Shown piece after piece: positions 11,678 through 24,224 of a stretch of 60,000 nucleotides of DNA. Numbering within the stretch: the first letter of the stretch is position 1; the number at the start of each line of letters is the position of its first letter. The notes beneath the pieces were generated by a model. The model saw only the letters and a list, made by a program, of their open reading frames with translations. It made no database searches and was not told where the DNA came from. The stretch covers positions 41,418,001 through 41,478,000 of the forward strand of contig NW_024704743.1 of the NCBI RefSeq assembly GCF_018977255.1. The letters run 5' to 3'. The stretch comes from Callorhinchus milii (taxonomy: Eukaryota). A program made the translations under genes and the position numbers.

Positions 11678-12252
11678 AAAATTGGAGAAAAAAATGAATG
11701 TTAAAATTACTGACAAAGATCAAAACATACACTTGCACACACATACATGCATTTCCCCCCCTGAATAGGCAAACTTAATCTAAATATTTTTTAATCCTCA
11801 GTATTTACTTCTTCCAATGAAATATTTGGTGCTAGATGAATCAGAACACAAGTAATAGACTGCAGTATCTCAACTGATGCAGGTGAGGGTGCTAGTATTT
11901 CATTAACTCTTCTCTACAGCATACTTCTGCCTTAATTCCATGAGACTCTGAGTCATCATTTCAGAAAAAGTGAATTTGTCTTTTTGAATGGATAAACTCC
12001 CATTTATCCCGAATATGACTTGCATCTTTCAGTTCATCATCTTAATTCATTTTCAATTTCTTTAGAGAACCAGTACACTGGATGAAACACATTAAACTCT
12101 GCTCGTATTAATTCAGTCAGTTGTAGGGATTAAGTTCCATTACTTTTCGCAGAAGGCACCTCCACTCATGAATAAGTCCATATGTGTGCAATAATCAAAT
12201 GTTGCAGTGAATCACATAATCACATATATCCTACTAGGAAATTAAGGTGTAA

Positions 12253-12576
12253 TAATAATAATAATAATAATAATCGTTGCATTTGATATAGCGCTTTTCA
12301 CGTCGGGAGGACGTCCCAAAGCGCTTCACAGAACACACTGCAAAGTGAATTGACTGTATATTTGTGGGCGAATGCGGCAGCCAATTGTGCACTGCAATGT
12401 CCCACAAACAGTCGTAGATTGAAAATGACCAATTTATTATTGTTTTTTGGTTTTGGAGGGATTATTATTAGGCGTGTGGAGTAAGGAAACTTGCCCAAGG
12501 TTTCGCCCTGCCTGGAATTGAACTCAGGTCTCTCGCTTGCAAAGCGAGTGCTCTAACCACTGAGCTACAGGGCTCC
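12253..12576 (-). mobile_element. Full-length young chimeric SINE with 6-bp TSD
   Basis: Intact tRNA-like head, many CpGs retained, GTGTAA at 12247-12252 and 12577-12582. Confidence 0.95.
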
Positions 12577-13448
12577 GTGTAAAACATGACAGAGAGACAG
12601 GTCCGAGTTTCTGGACTAAACCTTAATGGTCTCACCACCAGTGACATTCCCTGGGGGGCTTGTGATATTTTGCTGCAATATGCTTATCTCTGGTCAAATG
12701 AGCCTCTTTGCTGAAATATCTTGGGGACGTACAATTCTCTGACGGCTGGATCTTCTACTTGCATATCGTCTGTGTGCAGTTATATGGAAATTTGGAGATT
12801 TTGTTCTGTTCACAAATGCACTGATTTTGTTGAAGCCAGATAGGCTACTTTACACAATTTTTGCCCGATAAAGTGAATTTGTATTGCAATGCTTATAATT
12901 GACTATGAATCAATGTGTTTATCATCAATAAAATGACAACATAAATTAAATTAGAAATTTGAAATTTCAATACAACCATTATTGAAAAAAAATCAAAAAA
13001 AACTAATTAATGCAATGGAAAAGGATATCCCAGAGGCTTTCAACAGATAAACTATGTTTAATGACGGGACAGAATAACATTTGTTGATATCTGCTGCAAA
13101 GAATAGTTCTATGAGGATCTATGTTTATGTACTCTTTCTCTGGAATTTGAAATTTATTGGGGAACTGAGAATCGCTGATAGTATGCAACTGGAAAATAGT
13201 TCACCAGGGTGCTAGTGCCTTTGCAGTCTGTGGGTTTGTGCTGATTTTCCTCTTGAGTTTCAATAGAAATGACACTTTGGAAATGAATCTTAATAGTTTA
13301 ATGTTATGAAATTGGCAAAATAACAATGTCTACATGAAATGATTCTGCTTTATATTAATGCTGTTATTTTCAACATCAATAAAATAATTCCTGTTTGAAC
13401 TGTAGAATCCTCACTTATAATGATCAGTTGTTTCAGAATGTGATTTAT

Positions 13449-13868
13449 AACAAAAACAACTTCTAGTTATATAGCGCCCTTTCATGTAGGATAGTGGTTC
13501 AAAAATATACAGTCAATTTACTTTACAGTATATTCTGTGAAGCGCTGTGAGACATCTAGAAGACATGAAAAGTGCTATATCAAATGCAAGGAGTATTATT
13601 ATTATTATAGCAGCAAGGTTGGATGTCAAGCAAGGGAGAAATAGAGGGGGAGGTGACCATGGACGCAGTCGAAGAGTTAAGTCTTAAGGTGGCATGTCAA
13701 TTTAGATAAAGTGGGAATGAGGCAGAGGGATTGAGCAGGGAGTTCTAGATATTAGGCATGTAGTGACCGATGGCACAGCCTCTGATGGTGGTGTGTATTC
13801 TGTGAAGTGCTTTGAGACATCTAGAAGAAGCGATAAGGCGCTATATCAAATGCAAGGATTATTATTAT
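13449..13868. mobile_element. L2 3' end (-) with SINE 3' fragments (+) at 13503-13608 and 13795-13868
   Basis: L2 tail aacaaaaacaacttc...tatatagcgccc, purine-rich L2 UTR, and two SINE tails ending (TTA)n. Confidence 0.8.
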
Positions 13869-15106
13869 GAAATAGGACATGATATGTCAACTAATATAAC
13901 TCTTAGGTTGAAGACAGCTCCAGAGAAGTTCCAGTCTCCTAGGTTGACTTGTTTAAGGTTGATTTGGGTTTTCTCTATTCTGAGGCTGAAACAAGAACTA
14001 ATAGATCAATTAATCTACTACTAATGTATTGGTAAGAGTTGTTTTGTTAGCTGTGGTGCTATTGAATTGAAACATTCACAATTTTCCTAACATAATTCTT
14101 AACATAATGAAACAGATTAATTTTGCCCAATCTGTTGTCCTATTTCCTCTCATTCTCTCTTCTTTCCCATTCTCCATTTTTTTTTTATTTTGAGCTTTAA
14201 TTTCATGTCAAAGATTTGAGGTCATCTTTCTTAACCTTTTAGTCTGAAAATGATCAGCTTAAAAAATTTAAACATTTTACTCACTGTTATTTTTCCTCTG
14301 GCTCCTGCTGTCCACTGTGGTCATTTGCTGGAGAGTTCTCATGAGTTGCAATTTCGAAACAGCTGTACATTATGTGCCTGCTATGGAATTTATCTTGCAA
14401 TCTACAGGTGCCAGATCCTGTATGGTTTCCACTGGCTGTAGAGGAAAGTTACTTTTTGCAGTACTGTAGTTCTGAAACCATAAATACTCCATTCGTGTAT
14501 TACCCATTATCTTGTCCCACCTCAATCTTCTCTAACCTTTTTGATTGTTGAACAGCAAATATTGCATATGATTACCAAATCAATTTGCTCTCTTTCCTTG
14601 AATTCTCCCACACCGATTCCCATTACCATATTAAACAGCAAGGTTATGTCTATGGGCTGATCAGCTTTGGATACACAATACAGATGGGGTGTGATCCCTA
14701 AGCTGCATTGCATTACTGTGGCTTAAGGATGTCAAATTGCTTAAGCCTTACTACATCTACGCTGTCTCAATACAGAATATTCTCTTCCTCACCCTTTACA
14801 GCCAAAGTATACAGTATCACTTTTTGACACAGCAAACAAAAACATGCACTTAAATAAGCCTGAATGCATGACATCAAAACGACAAGATAAAATGCATTAT
14901 AAATCAGTTGAGCTGCAAAAATACTGATGGAACCACATGACTATTTTATAATGGTGTCAGCCTTGTTGTTTAAGATGCTACCGATTATATGTGAAATAAA
15001 TTTTGGCATGAATATACTTTTTTTATATAAGCAGTGGCATGTTTATTTTACGTATAATATAATAATCTTTAAATTTGGTTTTTAGTGGTTTTTTTAGGGG
15101 TTTTTT

Positions 15107-15210
15107 CCGTTCTGGTGAAAGGTCGTGGGCCCGAAACATTGACTCACTTTCCTTTCTCCATAGATGCTGCCTGACCTGCTGAGTTTTCCAGCTCTCTCTG
15201 TTTTTGTTTA
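15107..15210 (+). mobile_element. Penelope-type repeat with degenerate type I hammerhead ribozyme
   Basis: gtt CTGGTGA aaggtc gtg ggccc GAAA catt gac, followed by agatgctgcctgacctgctgagttttccagc. Confidence 0.7.
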
Positions 15211-15370
15211 TATTTGGTATAGTGCCATGCAGATTTGAAGGACATCTCAAAGCGCTTCTCAAAGGATAATTGTAAAGTGGAGCGACTATACATTTTTTGT
15301 GGGCAAACCGAGTAGCCAATTTGCACACAACTGTGTCCCACAAGCAACCATGAAGTGAATGACCAATTTT
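15211..15370 (-). mobile_element. DeuSINE 3' fragment
   Basis: gtgggcaaac..gtagccaatttgcacac..gtcccacaagc Deu motif plus tail. Confidence 0.75.
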
Positions 15371-15789
15371 ATATATTTTTTTAAATTTAAAAAAGTGTCA
15401 GCAGCTTAAGTTTATTTCCCCATCCCTGCTATAAGTTAACATGTCTTGGTTCATTCTCAGTGCTAAGCTGGATTTAATATTGAGGAAGGTAAAGCAGATA
15501 AACATAACACTCATCAGCATAGTGAATAGTGCAGAAGATTTAGGAAGGGGAAAAGAGTCTTTAATGTGGGAAGCTGTCTTAATGTCACAAATATTTTTTG
15601 TCTCCAGAGAATGAAAGCGATTTGTTTGAAAGCGAAGCTGAAACACTTTGACAACTGCGCTCAGCACAAAAAGTATATCAGTCTTGGAGCAGAAAGTCAT
15701 GCTACAGAGTTTTGATACACCTGGAACTCTGATAGTGGAGTTTGCATGGTTAAAAAATGACATTCCATAACAGATTTGATCTCTTAAGT

Positions 15790-15965
15790 GTGAACTATTT
15801 GCTTTGATATTCTATACTCCTTTTTATAAAACCTAGGTTTCTATTTGCTTTTTTGACAGCTTTGTCCACCTACCTTCCCACTTTTAAGGATTTATGTACA
15901 TTAACTCCTAAGTCCCTCTGCTCTTCCACTCCTTCTAACATTTTAGCACCTATTATGTATTTGTT
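15790..15965 (-). mobile_element. CR1 RT-region fragment
   Basis: Minus strand reads LEGVEEQRDLGVNVHKSLKVGR*VDKAVKKANRNLGFIKRSIEY. Confidence 0.9.
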
Positions 15966-16944
15966 ATAGTATAAAGTCAAAGTTTAAAAATTCACTTTAC
16001 AATATATCCTGCAAACCAGTTTGAGATGAAGTGTTATGGTGCTATATCAGATGCAAGTATTATTAATATTATTATGAAACTCTCAGTTTAGTTTAGATGC
16101 CCTTAATCACAATGCATTCAAGCCATTTTGAGGCGTTAGTTAAAACTAATACAATAATGGATGTTTACTCACTTTTGTTGAGTGGAATTGACTCATTGGA
16201 TTTCATCTCTACAAAGTTCAAAATATTTCCAGTTTCCAGTTGCCCAACATCAATTTTACAGATTTTCTAATATGTACTCTTTGTACACAACCTGAATAAC
16301 CATGTCAGAAATCCATTTGTGCACTGCTAAGTTTGCAAGCTGTGTAACAACATACTGATGTGTTCTTTTTCTGTTTACTATGTGACTGGCCTGCAATGAT
16401 GCAGAAAGCAGATTGGGTTAACCTTGGGATAAAACCCCAAATAATTGGTGCATTTCACTAATCTTGCTACAGGATGATCGATCGATTTAATCTCCATGCA
16501 CTAGAGCTGGTTGAATGCTCATCACGTACAGTACAGTATTTTTTCTACATTTCTTTTCTGCAGGTCTATGAGCAGATGTCCATTTTGGAAGGATGATCTG
16601 CTCTGTAAAAGTTAGACATAGTTATCAGATAGCCACAAGAACAGCAAAATAACTTTCACCCACAAAATACACAGTCAATCCACTTTATAGCACTTTGGGA
16701 ATGCTCATGACGTGAAAGGTGTTATGCAAGTGTAATTTGTTGTTGCTGTTTACAGTGTATCCTGTGAAGCACTTTGAGATGCAGTGATGACATAATAAAG
16801 CACTATATCAAATTCAAGCATAATTAATGCAAGCTCTCTGGGACTCTATCCTGGTGAGGGGTGCAATATTAATGCAAGTTGTTGTTGTTATTATAATTTA
16901 GGAGGAGTTTTCTCAGCCAGAGAATTTTTGAGATGTGCGCAGGG

Positions 16945-17170
16945 CACCGGGTAGAGTAGTGGAGGTAGAATCCATTGCAGCTGTCAAGAAGGAAGTAGAG
17001 AGGCATATTAAAGAGAAGGACTGTAAGGAGTATGGGGAGAAGATGGGGCAGTGGGATTAAATTGACCTCCTTGCTTAGTGTACTGTCCTGCACCCGGCTT
17101 CGTGACCACATTACTCCCACCCTCGCTCGCCTCCACTGGCTCCCCATCCCCCAGAGGATCGCATTCAAGG
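16945..17170 (+). mobile_element. CR1 C-terminal fragment joined to an L2 fragment
   Basis: RVVEVESIAAVKKEVERHIKEKDCKEYGEKMGQWD* (CR1), then RLRDHITPTLARLHWLPIPQRIAFK (L2). Confidence 0.8.
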
Positions 17171-17728
17171 TGTCTCAAAGTGCTTCACAGAATACATTAT
17201 CAACTGGATTGACTGTGTTTGATGTGATAAGACTGTGTAGGAACTCAAGAGTTCCAGTATGAAAGAAATCTTTGAACAAATGACTAGTATGGCATGGCAT
17301 CTTGAATCTAAGAAAGATAATGGATGTAAAATTATATTTGCCAGCATTGAGGCATTAAAGTTCATGTGTAACGATGGCCAGACTGACATAAATGCAATTA
17401 AATTTTTTCTCAACAAATGCTATGTGCCACATTAGCACAGTGAATAAATTAGCTCTATTAATTTCACACATATAATAAATGGCATTTGAACAAAATAATG
17501 AACTGTTGATTATATTTACACATTCCATTTATTTGATGTATGATAATTACAGATCTTTGTCCTGGTAATGCAATTTTGTTTATGTGTGAAATTAAGTTAT
17601 TTATTTTTGAAACATCAATATTAATTATGTGGGGGAAAAAAGGCCTGCCTTACCTTTTCTGCCAAATGACGCAGTTAGTTTTAGCACATTGTGAAATCTT
17701 TGCTCTGATGATCATTAGGGTCTGATAT

Positions 17729-17908
17729 AATAATAACGATAATAATAATAATAATCCTTGCATTTGATATAGGCCTTATCATGTCTTTGAGACGTCTCAA
17801 AGCTATTCACAGAATATGCTGTAAAGTGAATTAGCTGTATATTTTGTAGGCGAAAGTTGGCAGGCAATTGCACACAGCAGTGTTCCATAAACAGTCGTGG
17901 ACCAATTT
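17729..17908 (-). mobile_element. 5'-truncated chimeric SINE
   Basis: (AAT)n tail plus Deu-like body. Confidence 0.9.
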
Positions 17909-18278
17909 ATTATTTTTTCTTTGAAGGAATTACTGCTGTTGGTAAAAGGACTTTAAAATATAAAATCTCACACCACCCAGCTGATCTGGTGGAATTCCAC
18001 ACATCTGGATCTCAGCCCATCTCCTGTGAGCAGCAGGAGCCTTATTTAGCTGCAATATGGCTTCACATAAGTCGAAAATGAGATCTGGATTGGAGATGTC
18101 TCGGCTTGTCACTGTGAGACACATCCAGACACATGGAAGAGTCAATATTTATGAATTCCTGCATAACTAGACATCTATTATCTTTGTGAAAGTGCAAAAC
18201 TTGTACAACCAATGTTACTTTCTAAAAAATCAACAAAGATATTAAACACAAACAAGCTGTCAGTACACAAGAGAAATT

Positions 18279-18583
18279 ATAATAATAAATAATAATAATC
18301 CTTGCATTTGATATAGCGCTTTTCACGTTGAGAGGACGTCCCAAAGCGCTTCACAGAACACACTGTAAAGTGAATTGACTGTATATTTGTGGGCGAACGC
18401 GGCAGCCAATGGCGCACAGCAATGTCCCACAAACAGTCGTAGATTGAAAATGACCAATTTTTATTATTATTTTGGAGGGATTATTATTAGGCGTATGGAG
18501 TAAGGAAACTTGCCCAAGGTTTCGCCCTGCCTGGAATTGAACTCAGGTCTCTCGCTTGCAAAGCGAGTGCTACAGAACTCCAC
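18279..18583 (-). mobile_element. Near full-length young chimeric SINE with A-box/D-arm deletion
   Basis: Near-identical to the 12253-12576 copy but reads gagtgctacag, lacking ctaaccactgagct; possible AATTA TSD. Confidence 0.95.
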
Positions 18584-18760
18584 AATTAATTCACACATAT
18601 TAAAATGGCAATTTTGATATGAACAGCTCTCCCTTTCATACTTTACAATGTATTGTCTCCAATGGATGAGTTGAAATAAACATGTTAAACAAAAAACATA
18701 AGCATGTTATAATAATTATACAAGTGAACTCTCTGGTCAAACAATATTTCTGATGGGTTA

Positions 18761-19020
18761 GGGTTTATGTTGTTCAATTCCCTGAAATTTGATTTTGTTG
18801 TTACTGAATTGTGAATGTTTCACACATGCTTTGTTTACAGGTAATGCCACATTTAGATGGTATTTTAAATAAAATAACCTGTTCATTTATATATATATAT
18901 ATAGAGAGAGAGAGTGACTATAATGTCAAACAGCTAAAAATGCTTCAAAGGGCTTATGTTGTTCAATTCCCTGAAATTTGATTTTGTTGTTACTGAGTTG
19001 TGAATGTTTCACACATGCTT
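18761..19020 (+). repeat. 71-bp direct duplication (18761-18831 and 18950-19020)
   Basis: Two copies of gggYttatgttgttcaattccctgaaatttg...cacacatgctt with 2 mismatches. Confidence 0.95.
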
Positions 19021-19027
19021 GGTCACA

Positions 19028-19207
19028 CAAATTGGTCATTTTCAATCCACAACTGTTTGTGGGACATTGCTGTGCACAATTGGCTGCCGCGTTCGCCCAC
19101 AAATGTACAGTCAATTCACTTTAAAGTGTGTTCTGTGAAGCGCTTTGGGGCGTCCTCCCGACGTGAAAAGTACTATATCAAATGCAAGGATTATTATTAT
19201 TATTATA
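19028..19207 (+). mobile_element. 5'-truncated young chimeric SINE
   Basis: aattggtcattttcaatcc...gcgtcctcccgacgtgaaaag...(TTA)n. Confidence 0.9.
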
Positions 19208-19436
19208 AAGATTTTCGATGACTTTGTGACGTTTATTAGTAGATAAATACAGTCAGCAATTAGTGCACAGCAAAGTCCCACAAAAAGTCATGAGTTCACT
19301 GACCAATTTTATTAGGGGATTATTGGCCAGGACAGAAGGAGAAACTTTGTTTTTCAGTAGTGCTGTAGGACCTTAAACCTCCACATGAATAGGCAAATGG
19401 GCTTCGGTTTAACATCTCAAGTTGTGGTGAATTTCT

Positions 19437-19692
19437 TTTTGTCAATCAGGTGCCTGACACATGAGGAAACCCACCACCATGCTTAAGAATATCCAAACAA
19501 GACTGAGTATTCCATGTATCTCACGTACATTCCAATGTTTGGAAAAGAATACATACTCTTCCCAAAGAATATTAGGTGTAGTTTGGCAAGAACCAAGACT
19601 TGGGGTCCTCAGAGTGTGGTTTGGGATACAGCTTGAGCTTAACCAGCTAATATTACAAAACTTGTCATTGAAAGCATTATCTGGCAAGCTTT
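19437..19692 (-). mobile_element. Family U1 copy
   Basis: Reverse complement aligns by eye with 5500-5797 (cacactctgagg.ccccaag, ttcttaagcatggtg.tgggtttcc). Confidence 0.85.
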
Positions 19693-20089
19693 CCATTGCT
19701 TACGTGCCTTAAGATGTGCTCCAATTGAGAAAGGCCCTATATAAACATAAATTTGCATTGTATTGTTTGTCTAGCTAGTCTGTTATCAGCAGTGATCTGG
19801 AATGTTGCAGACCTGCCTGACTGAGGAACCAGACAAATTGAGACCACCACAGAAGACTGACTCGATTCTGATATTCCATTGCCAGTCACGTCACCTTAGA
19901 GCCAGTTCAGCTCCAAGGAGACCCACTTACCTCGTCCCAAGGAGAGTTACTTGTAGGTCATTTGACATCCAAACAATGCAGGGGATAATTATATTGCACA
20001 TTTGGGGTTCATTTAACATTTAAGGCAAATAATATTATTGATATAATGTGAAATGTTTGAATTTGCAAAGCTAAGAATTGGATATTTTG

Positions 20090-20850
20090 TAAAATATCAT
20101 GAATTTATTTCATGCACTTCATGCTTACATTATGAATTTGTTTAGCAGGTGGCATGTAATCCATCAGTTTTTAAATTTTAACTTGAGCGATTAACTGGCA
20201 CTAACCTTGCCATTATCTCAGGATCAGATAATGAAAGATTTGACCTTTTTTTTCCCCTGTTGAAGTACTCAGGAAATAACTTGACATTTTGCAGACTGAA
20301 TTCTTAATAATTTGGAAACTATTTGTTGGAAAGACATTTTAAATGCAAATTTATTTTTAACATACATTTGTCTGAAATGATTGCAAGGTGGCTAAAACGG
20401 TTTCAAATGGGACCTCACTTGTCATTCATGTGGAACTAATTATGCTGAACGGTCTTTCAGTCAGAGAGAAAAGCCTCATAAGATAATTATTGTTTTTACT
20501 ACATGATTATGTAAATGAAAGGAATATCTGGCCTTTGCATTTTAAAAAGTGTGCTGATTTTAATCGCTAATTAGCAAGGTTTTAGCTGGCTTTTTGCACA
20601 GCAAATTGCATTATTCAGAAATAATTACCTGTTTATGATATAATTTGCAGATAGATTTGCACATGAATGACTTTGGCTATGCTGTCGCATGTATTTCTGA
20701 AGCTGGATTTAATTCTGTCTTACACTGACAGAATTTGCTTAACTGTGATCAGCTCATATCCTTTGCATATGAAACTTTAGGTTAATAACGTCAAGCTAAA
20801 TTAAGTAGAATTTCCGTAAAGCAAGCTCATATCTAAAAATGAAGAATAAC
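20090..20850. promoter_or_regulatory. Candidate conserved non-coding element / enhancer
   Basis: Repeat-free block with ATGCAAAT (20343), ATGTAAAT (20509), GCTAATTAGC (20566) and many TAAT/TTTGCA words; conservation not tested. Confidence 0.35.
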
Positions 20851-20879
20851 TTATTCCTCGTTACGTTATAATTCCCTTT

Positions 20880-21185
20880 GGTGATCACAAGATGAGTTCA
20901 GATGAAGAATGCCCTTTGACCCATCTGATATCATTCATCAAAAAGACACCCGACTGTCTTCCTATCACGTCAAGCATTTTTAGATGAGTCCTGCATCCAG
21001 GCCTTAACCACTCTTCTTTGCAATCCCTTCCAAGCATTAATTACCCCCTGGGTAAAGAAATATTTCCTGGTATCAGTCATGAAAATGCCATTTGCAACTC
21101 TAAAACTATGTCCTCTGATTCTATTATCTTGGTGAATCCTAAAGTAATGATTTTGGTTTACTTCTTCAATCCTATTTAAAACAAT
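20880..21185 (-). mobile_element. CR1 3' fragment
   Basis: ORF 20970-21275: RIRGHSFRV...RKYFFTQGVINAWKGL. Confidence 0.9.
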
Positions 21186-21764
21186 TATAACAGGGGAAAC
21201 CTTATCAACACATTGCAAAAGGTGCCATGCATAAGGTCGACCAAATTTCCAGTCTCTGTGTTTGTTTAACATCACAAGAGGGGTTCCTACAATGAATAAA
21301 CTGCAGCAATAATAAGAGAAAAAGATTTGATTAATATTTGAAAGTATTACAGTATATCCTGTGAAGTGCTTTGAGACAGCATTATGATGTGATAAGACAC
21401 CATATCAAACAAGGATTATTATTGTTCAAGACCTTAGAAAGTTTTAATCTTCAAGAACTAACACAGTTGTAACGCACTAACACCTTTAGCACAATGATTT
21501 AATCAGCATTGGAAGCAATTAGGAATGAGTCCTGGATTGAATTATAGGCATAATATTGTTTGTCTATAATGTCAACACATATCAAAACACTTCTCAGATA
21601 ATTGCTGCCAAGGAATTATCTTTTTAGGCAAAGGAATAGTAAGTATTAAATAGCCATGCAAGGCCATGCAGAACCAAGTGTAAGGGCAATGCACTTACTC
21701 AGTTAACCACATACTTTTCTTTTCCCATGAAATTTATTGCATGCCAGCTGATTGTCAGAAGGTC

Positions 21765-21930
21765 ACGGTCATTCTGTAGCTGTTTGTGGGATATTGCTGT
21801 GCGCAAATTAACTGCCGCATTCAACCACAAAATACACACAGTTACTACACTTTATAGTACATCCTGTAAAGCACCTTGAGCCATCTCAACGACGTGATAA
21901 GGTGCTATATCAAACACAGGGATTATTATT
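21765..21930 (+). mobile_element. DeuSINE/chimeric SINE 3' fragment
   Basis: gctgtttgtgggatattgctgtgcgcaaattaactgccgc plus tail. Confidence 0.8.
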
Positions 21931-23304
21931 TTCTAATGGAATCGCTATTGCACTAATGACTGTTCATTATGAGCAATTGTAAGCTTACATTGTAAAATAA
22001 TTGCAAATTTAAAGTACATTGGAAAATTCCTGTTGCATAGTTGTTACTTGGATCAGTGTCATAACATTGGCAGTTTGGTTCTAAATAATCTGTTCAAAAA
22101 GTTTAGACTCAACTTGCACTCCAGGCATGTTCTATCAATTCGTTGTGAAACACGCAGTTAGTTTTTTGTTGTTGGACAGCCATAGTTGGCTTGCAAAACA
22201 AGAGAGTCTGTTGTCTTTGTTGCATTGCCTCTCTTTCCATACTATTCACAGCTGTGAAGAGATGTGCTTCACAGTTGCTCTTTCTTCCACTTTAAATGCT
22301 ATTTATCTCTTTGTTAACTTGTTCAGTGTAAGGGCTCTGCCAACAATCATGAATATTCCTGTAACAATTCCAAACACTGACATACCATGTTTCTATGGTT
22401 TCTAGGGTTTTGTAATTAATTACTTAAATGACTTCATGTTAGATTGGGGAGAACAAGTCTGCAGGGCTATGTGGGGGAGTGGGATTGATTTGGATAGGTC
22501 TTTTCAAAGAGCCGGCACAGACACAATGGGCCGAATGGTCTCCTTCAGTGCTGCATAATTCATTAAAAAAATTGTAGATTTTAACCACTTTTTGTTGTGT
22601 CGTTGTCCATGATATGACTTGTTACTATGTTCTTATTTCTCAAGTCAATAGGAAATCAAACTCTTTCCATGTCCAGGACTCAACATGGAATGAAATTTTT
22701 CCTCACAAGTTCCCCCCACTCCAGTGACTTTTTTTTTGCTTTCCATAATGCTTGTAGCACTTCTGAGTAAGTTTACCAATTCAGTGCCAGATTGGAAGTA
22801 GTTTTGTGCTGTGAACTCATGCTAAGAGTGTTGCAACTGCCCATTGCATTTCAAATAGAACTCTTCACTGTCCAGAGAGATGTGGCTATCATCTCATTAA
22901 TTCTGGGCTGTGTTTAAACCCAGGTCCCAAAGGTCTAAGTGCAATATGCTTGCTCAGTGAACCACATAGTTTCCTGATTTTCCCACCAAGTGTGCTGCAT
23001 GCCAGGTTCATTTTCAAAAGGTCAAGTAGCTAATTTCTAGTTGTTACGGGACCAAATTAACATAATTTAAGATAATTTACCATTTAATGTGTTAACCAAT
23101 TAACTACCAGTAAATTAACGTATTAGTTGATTTTTTTACCGTACATTGTGATAATCTTACAGTGTTATTATTCCTGTACCATTACGTTTCCTCTAAATGA
23201 TCTCATCTATAGTAGCTTCAGGCTGATGTGATAGTTTAATTGTACAGTCAACAAAGTACTCCTTCAAATAGCTGGGTCATTTGTAAATTTTCAAATAATT
23301 TATG

Positions 23305-23583
23305 AGTCCCAAACTCAGTCAATGGCACGGATATGGGGGAGAAAGGACAGTTGAGGGTCGAACAAGACCCCCAGGTCCCTAACTGGCTTGGTGAGGTGGA
23401 GTGTGCAACTGTGGATGCTGATGCTGCCAGTGCTGAGGCGCTGGTGTGAGCCACTCATGAGGGCCTCAGACTTGCTGACAGTTATTCTCTCATCCAGGAC
23501 TCGATGTCAGACAGATATTCTGTCAGGACGTCAGTTGTCCTGGAAGACAGAGAGATAGAGTTGGGTGTCATCTGGGTACATGG
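23305..23583 (-). mobile_element. L2 RT-domain fragment
   Basis: Minus strand MYPDDTQLYL and LSDIESWMR; homologous to 29620-29905. Confidence 0.85.
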
Positions 23584-24224
23584 TATTCTCAAAATATCCC
23601 AAAGCACTGTAAAACGCTTTGAGACATTTTGACAGTGTGATAAGGTACTATCAAATGGAGGGATTACAAGATTAGATTATTGCAATATTAAATTGACGCA
23701 TCACAGATGGAATGCTGAAGTACTATTGAAGGTCAATACCTTTAAACTTCAAATTGATTCAGAAATTAACTTGGTTGATCCTACGCTATCACAATATCAA
23801 TCTACAATGATCTAATCAATTGGCAGAGTAAGCTCCTATTCCTTTGTTCCTAAATTTCAGTCCTTTATCTTTTTGTTACCTCACCAAACAAACTGTTTGG
23901 TGAGATAACAAAATTTTCAATCAATGGCAAACAATTTCCAACTACAGTTGCTGTGAACTTCTAAATGGAAAAGGTAAAAAAGGAATGCATTTTAAGATTG
24001 AAAATAGGTAGGAGAAAGCCAAATAGGTAGAGTTTGAACAGCTGGATAGAAAAACTACTTCACAGTAAAGGACAAAGAGAACTGGGAAGAAGAGAAAATA
24101 GAAAGAAAATTAATAGCACAGGTAAGGTAACTTTTAACCGCTTTTAAAAATATTTTAAACTCATTGGGTTTTTACTTCTTCAGTGGGATATCATCACAAA
24201 TCGTTCCTATTGGCTGAGTTTTAT

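Noticed and set aside
12503..12576. tRNA-Ala(TGC) gene
   Set aside because: The cloverleaf is the head of a multi-copy SINE; the T arm is irregular and it continues into SINE body and tail
16564..16603. Strong splice acceptor followed by an ATGA-containing hairpin (SECIS-like)
   Set aside because: No 3' GA for the SECIS quartet; no donor or recognisable coding frame
24066..24121. Possible small exon ending CAG|GTAAGG
   Set aside because: Purine-rich low-complexity sequence, weak acceptor, unrecognised peptide
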